A DNA stretch of 18,099 nt, from NCBI GenBank assembly GCA_050125095.1, contig JASFEA010000066.1, positions 1 through 18,099 on the forward strand. The letters are read 5' to 3'. Within the stretch, counting starts at the first letter, position 1. Every line of letters begins with the position of its first letter. Origin of the DNA: a bacterium (GTDB lineage: Bacteria; Arandabacterota; Arandabacteria; Arandabacterales; JALGWA01). The notes below the pieces were generated by a model. That model saw nothing but the letters and a program-made list of their open reading frames with translations, was not told the origin of the DNA and did not search any database. Both the position numbers and the translations under genes were made by a program. Positions 13,990-18,099 of this stretch are shown here, in pieces.

Positions 13990-15840
13990 TCATATGTCGC
14001 TTCTCGCAGTTCTTCCGAATGCCCTGAGCACGGCTTCGGCCTTGTTCTTCGACATGCCCTCCACCTCAAGCAGCCTCTTTACGTCCGCCTCCCGCACGGC
14101 CGTAAGTGTACCAAATTCCCTGAGCAAACGCTTGGACAAAATCGGACCTATGCCGGGAATGGCCTCGAGCTCGCTCATCATTCCCTTCCTGGTGCGGAGG
14201 TTGCGGTGATAGGTTACGGCAAATCTGTGCGCCTCGTCCCTCAGCTTCTGTATGAGCCTGAGCGCAGGCGAGGTGCGCGGGATCTGCAGCGGATTCTCCT
14301 GGCCGGGAACGTATATCTCGTCGAAACGCTTCGCGATTCCGACCATGGGGGGAAGTTCATCGGGGTCGCCGCCGGCCTCTACGACGCCCTTGATGGCGCT
14401 TGTAAGCTGGCCCTTTCCACCGTCTACCACGATGAGATCGGGCGCATCCACTTCCCCGCTCACGATATGACCCCAGTACCTGCGAAGCACTTCCTGCATC
14501 ATCGCGAAGTCGTCCTGGCCCGTCACCGTCCTTATGTTGAACCTGCGGTAGCGGCTCTTCATGGGCCGGCCGTTCCGGAAGAAGACGGACGATCCGACCG
14601 GGTGAGAACCCTGTATGGTGGAGATATCGAAAGCCGCTATATCCCGGGGCAGAGCGGCAAGATGCAGCCACTTCCCGAGTTCCTCGACAGAAGCTGCGAC
14701 CTTCTCGACCGTCTTCCCCTCATGGGTGAGCTGCGCCAGCTCGACCTCGGCGTTTCTTGCGGCCATATCGAGAAGCTCGTGGCCCTTTCCCGTGCGGGGC
14801 GCCTTTATGCTGACCTTCTTTCCGGTCAGCTGCCTGAGCCACTCGCTCAACACGTCGACCTCCTCGGGCAGCCTCTCAAGCAGTATCTCCTCGGGCAGGA
14901 GCGTCGTCGTCCCCAGATACAGCTCCAGGAACGAGTCGAGTATCTCATCGTCACCGGCTTCGCCTTCGAAGGAGAGCCTGTACATCTCCTTGCCGATCAG
15001 TTTGCCTTCCCTTACCTTCAGCACCACTCCGACGCCCCGGCCCTGTCCCGCGCGCACCGCGGCTACGTCGCGGTCGCGCGAGCTGGGCCACACGACCGTC
15101 TGCTTCTCGGCCACCCGGGAGACGGCCTGGAGCCTGTCCCTCAGGTTCGCGGCCTCTTCGAAGTCCAGCCTGGCCGAAGCCGCTTCCATCTTCTCCCTGA
15201 GGTCGCGGGTCAGGCTCGTCATCCTGCCCGAGAGGAACTGGGAGACCTGCTGCACGAGCTTCTTGTATTCGGCCGGAGTTATCTCCCCCCGGCAGGGCCC
15301 GATGCATTTTCCGATATAGTACTTGAGGCAACCCCGGTCGGGCTCCTTCAGGGGGAGCTTCCGCTTGCATGTCCTCATCGGGAAGACATCGGTGAGTATT
15401 TTCAGCGTCTTTCTCATTGCGCGGGCGTCGGTGTAAGGACCGAAGAAGCGGGCGTTCTCATCTTTCAGGTTCCGGGTCGGGTATATGCTCGGGAAGGGCT
15501 CGCGCGTCGTGATCTTGATGAAGGGGAATTTCTTGTCGTCGCGGAGGTTTATGTTGTAGCGCGGCCTGAAGTGCTTGATGAGATTGGCCTCTAGTATGAG
15601 CGCTTCCACTTCCCTGTGCGTGACGATTATGTCCAGGTCGCGCGTGTTCCTCACGAGGGCCTCCGTGCGCGGCGACGGGAGTTCGCCTTCCCCGAAATAG
15701 GTTCTCACCCTCGACTTGAGCGACTTGGCCTTGCCGACATAGAGGACCTTGCCCTTTGCGTCCTTGAACATGTAGACGCCCGGCGAAGCCGGGAGCCTGG
15801 CGAGCTTCTCCTTCAGTGCCTCGCCCGGCGCTCCTTTCAT
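13990..15840 (-). CDS. uvrC: Excinuclease ABC subunit C
   Basis: GIY-YIG domain (PGVYMFKD...LYVGKAKSLKSRV), Cys cluster, UVR domain, RNase H-like FDIST...DDFAMM...DLIVVDGGKGQ, RDEAHRFA, and HhH IPGIG. The ATG at 15840 overlaps the murJ TGA (ATGA). Confidence 0.97.
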   Translation of the reverse strand: MKGAPGEALKEKLARLPASPGVYMFKDAKGKVLYVGKAKSLKSRVRTYFGEGELPSPRTEALVRNTRDLDIIVTHREVEALILEANLIKHFRPRYNINLRDDKKFPFIKITTREPFPSIYPTRNLKDENARFFGPYTDARAMRKTLKILTDVFPMRTCKRKLPLKEPDRGCLKYYIGKCIGPCRGEITPAEYKKLVQQVSQFLSGRMTSLTRDLREKMEAASARLDFEEAANLRDRLQAVSRVAEKQTVVWPSSRDRDVAAVRAGQGRGVGVVLKVREGKLIGKEMYRLSFEGEAGDDEILDSFLELYLGTTTLLPEEILLERLPEEVDVLSEWLRQLTGKKVSIKAPRTGKGHELLDMAARNAEVELAQLTHEGKTVEKVAASVEELGKWLHLAALPRDIAAFDISTIQGSHPVGSSVFFRNGRPMKSRYRRFNIRTVTGQDDFAMMQEVLRRYWGHIVSGEVDAPDLIVVDGGKGQLTSAIKGVVEAGGDPDELPPMVGIAKRFDEIYVPGQENPLQIPRTSPALRLIQKLRDEAHRFAVTYHRNLRTRKGMMSELEAIPGIGPILSKRLLREFGTLTAVREADVKRLLEVEGMSKNKAEAVLRAFGRTARSDI

Positions 15841-17423
15841 TCTCTTCCCCGCTTCCCTATGAGCATGCCGACCACGAACATGACCTCCCGGGCCCTGAGG
15901 ATGTAGCTCATGCCCAGAAGAAGTATGAGACCCGCCCCGGCCGCGGCTCCCACCTGAAGCAGTTTGCCCGGGAAGGTCGAGGTATATGGTTCGAGGGAAT
16001 TCGAAATCAGATACATGCACGCACCCATAACTAACGCTGCTACAAGCACTTTGGCCGACATGCTGAGAAGCGACCTGAGGCCTATGTCGCCTATCCGCCC
16101 CCTGAGCGTGACGCCCAGCAGCACGAATCCAATCGTCGCCGAAAAGGTGGTGGCCAGGGCCAGGCCGGCCAGGCCTATCAACCGCACCAGCACGAGATTG
16201 AGTATGACGTTGGCTATGACCACCACGACGCCTATCTTGACGGGCGTCTTGGTGTCCTTGAGCGCGTAGAAGGCCTGCGTGATCACCTTGGTCCCGCCGT
16301 AGCTCACGAGGCCCAGCGAATAACATATGAAGGTTATCGACGTCATGGGGGTCGACCGGGCCGCCGTAAACTCGCCGCGCTCGAAAAACAGCCGCACGAT
16401 GGGCTTGCCGAGGACGAGCACGGCCACGGTGGACGGTATCATGAAGGTCATCGTCAGCTTGAACGCGAACGAGAGGTCGTGCATGAAGAGGCCCCTGTCC
16501 TCCTTGGCGGCGTGATCGGAAAGCGCGGGCAGGGTTACCGTGGCAATGGCGGCGACGAAGATGCCGAGGGGCTGCAGGGACAGCCTGTTCCCGAGCCTGA
16601 GCGCAGTAACGCTTCCCTCCGGCAGCGTGGTGGCCAGCAGGGTGTCAACCAGGACATTCACCTGGGTAGCAGCGAGAGCAATGATGCTGGGAAGCAGCAG
16701 CCGGCCCACCCACCTCACGCCCTCGTCTCTCAGATTGAGGTCGAACGCCGGCTTGTGCCCGGTTTTGAAGAGCAGCGGCAATTGCACGACAATCTGGAAC
16801 ACGACGCCTGCCAGCGTGCCCACCGAGAACCACAGAACCGCCGACTCCGGGGACCCGGTGAAGTAGCGAATAAGCCCCACCCCGACTCCCATGAGTACCG
16901 CGTTGAGCATCGCCGGGGAAAGCGCCGGGACGGTGAAGTAGTTCACGCAGTTCAGCGTCACCATCGAGAGACCGGAGATGCCCACGAACAATATGAACGG
17001 GAAGAGTATCCTGGTGAGTTTCACGGTGAGGCCGAATAACTCAGGCTGGTCCCTCCAGCCAAAGGCCCACACTTTCACGATTATCTCGGAGAAGGCGACT
17101 CCGCCCAGCACGACCACGGCCAGAACGACAACGAGCACAGAGAAGAACCTGATATACAGCTGGTGGGCCCTCTGGCTGCCCTCCCTGTGAAGGTATTGCT
17201 TGTAGACGGGGATGAAGCCGGCGGCCAGGGCTCCCTCGCCGAAGACTCTCCTCAGGAAGTTGGGAATCAGGAAGGCGACATTGTAGGCGTCGCCCACATA
17301 GCTTGTCCCGAAGAGGGCTGCGAACACCGCGTCGCGGCCGAGACCCAGTATGCGGCTGACCATGGTGGCCGCGCTCACGCGGCCCGCTGACCTGGCGATT
17401 TTCTCTTCTGTTTCTATGGCCAT
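15837..17423 (-). CDS. murJ: Lipid II flippase MurJ (MviN)
   Basis: SRILGLGRD...IPNFLRRVFGEGAL, LFFERGEF, FYALKDTKTPV, and many hydrophobic segments. Confidence 0.96.
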   Translation of the reverse strand: MAIETEEKIARSAGRVSAATMVSRILGLGRDAVFAALFGTSYVGDAYNVAFLIPNFLRRVFGEGALAAGFIPVYKQYLHREGSQRAHQLYIRFFSVLVVVLAVVVLGGVAFSEIIVKVWAFGWRDQPELFGLTVKLTRILFPFILFVGISGLSMVTLNCVNYFTVPALSPAMLNAVLMGVGVGLIRYFTGSPESAVLWFSVGTLAGVVFQIVVQLPLLFKTGHKPAFDLNLRDEGVRWVGRLLLPSIIALAATQVNVLVDTLLATTLPEGSVTALRLGNRLSLQPLGIFVAAIATVTLPALSDHAAKEDRGLFMHDLSFAFKLTMTFMIPSTVAVLVLGKPIVRLFFERGEFTAARSTPMTSITFICYSLGLVSYGGTKVITQAFYALKDTKTPVKIGVVVVIANVILNLVLVRLIGLAGLALATTFSATIGFVLLGVTLRGRIGDIGLRSLLSMSAKVLVAALVMGACMYLISNSLEPYTSTFPGKLLQVGAAAGAGLILLLGMSYILRAREVMFVVGMLIGKRGRE

Positions 17424-17441
17424 AGCGTGCTCCGGCGCCTC

Positions 17442-17470
17442 AATATATCAGAACCCCCGGGCCTCAGCAA
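17442..17470 (-). promoter_or_regulatory. Sigma70-type promoter for the murJ run
   Basis: TTGCTG (17465-17470), 17-nt spacer, TATATT (17442-17447) with extended TGn. GGAG SD before the murJ ATG. Confidence 0.6.
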
Positions 17471-17486
17471 AGGAAAAGCCTATGCG

Positions 17487-17516
17487 TTGACAGCCCGGCC
17501 TCACCGTTGATATACT
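17487..17516 (+). promoter_or_regulatory. Sigma70-type promoter for the GT2 gene
   Basis: TTGACA (17487-17492), 18-nt spacer, TATACT (17511-17516) with extended TGn. Confidence 0.75.
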
Positions 17517-17543
17517 CTGCCGACTCTAAACCGGCGAGAGACG

Positions 17544-18099
17544 ATGGCTGACACCCCTAGAGCGAGCATTGTAATCCCGACATACAAGCGCGAGGCGCTG
17601 CTCAAGAACCTGCTTGAGTCGCTCGCCCGCCAGAAGACCTCCTATGAGTATGACGTCACCGTCGTGGGAGACGGGACGGAGGTCGACGCCGACGGCGTCG
17701 GTGTTGAGTCCATGGGTCTTCCGGTCAAGTTCATATCGCTACCCGAGCGCGTCGGAAGAGGTGCAACAAGGAACGCCGGAATCCGCGCTTCAGCCGGCGA
17801 CGTCATAATCTTCCTCGACGACGACATGACGGTTGTGGAGGGGTTCGTCGAAGAGCACATGAAGCATCACTCAGATGAGAACACCGTCGTGATCGGGGAC
17901 GTCAAGAGCCCGCCCGAATACGCCGGCCACTCCCTGGCTCGCTACATCGAGAGGCAGGGCGTCCGCAAGCTCAAGTCCAGAGACAGGATCCCCCCCAAGT
18001 GCTTCAGAACCGGCAACGGGTCGGTATCAAGGGCGCTGCTGGAGAAGGCAGGCCTGTTCGATGAAACCATCGAGCATTACGGTGAGGACATGGACCTCG
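17544..18099 (+). CDS. Glycosyltransferase family 2 (partial, runs off the window)
   Basis: Not in the ORF track. Manual translation MADTPRASIVIPTYKREALLKNLLESLARQ...GRGATRNAGIRASAGDVIIFLDDDM shows the GT-A fold signature with a DxD motif. Confidence 0.93.
   Translation, partial: MADTPRASIVIPTYKREALLKNLLESLARQKTSYEYDVTVVGDGTEVDADGVGVESMGLPVKFISLPERVGRGATRNAGIRASAGDVIIFLDDDMTVVEGFVEEHMKHHSDENTVVIGDVKSPPEYAGHSLARYIERQGVRKLKSRDRIPPKCFRTGNGSVSRALLEKAGLFDETIEHYGEDMDL

Noticed and set aside
15841-16326. 161-aa N-terminal extension of UvrC in the ORF track
   Set aside because: It lies wholly within murJ in another frame. The ATG at 15840 overlaps the murJ stop and directly precedes the GIY-YIG domain.
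200-17390. Many long plus-strand ORFs (e.g. 785-1765, 2183-3892, 7545-9416, 13963-15594)
   Set aside because: Antisense shadows of well-identified minus-strand genes, expected with GC-rich codon bias, and with no recognisable motifs.

Overview
GC-rich (roughly 60%) bacterial core-genome window, almost all on the minus strand. Two long, tightly coupled gene runs point leftwards: murJ-uvrC-ogt-MBL hydrolase-xerD-tRNA nucleotidyltransferase, then M50 site-2 protease-trpS-scpA-scpB-rluB-cmk-plsC-ispH-rpsA. They are followed by tRNA-Val(GAC) and thrS (cut by the window start). A divergent GT2 glycosyltransferase runs off the right end. The only non-housekeeping segment is a ~390 bp insert (10209-10597) between the two runs. 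It is bounded by inverted pairs of a 23-nt repeat (GGGGTCAGGTCTTGAAATGCACA, 30-nt period) and encloses a TPR-gene fragment. The repeats supply the stop codon of the nucleotidyltransferase and the start and stop of the enclosed ORF. Other points of interest: xerD and the M50 protease have no ATG/GTG/TTG ahead of their conserved N-termini and appear to start at AUU and AUA behind good SD sites, tRNA-Val has C33 instead of U33, and TrpRS carries a 4-Cys Fe-S-type motif. All calls come from reading the sequence. No database search was run.
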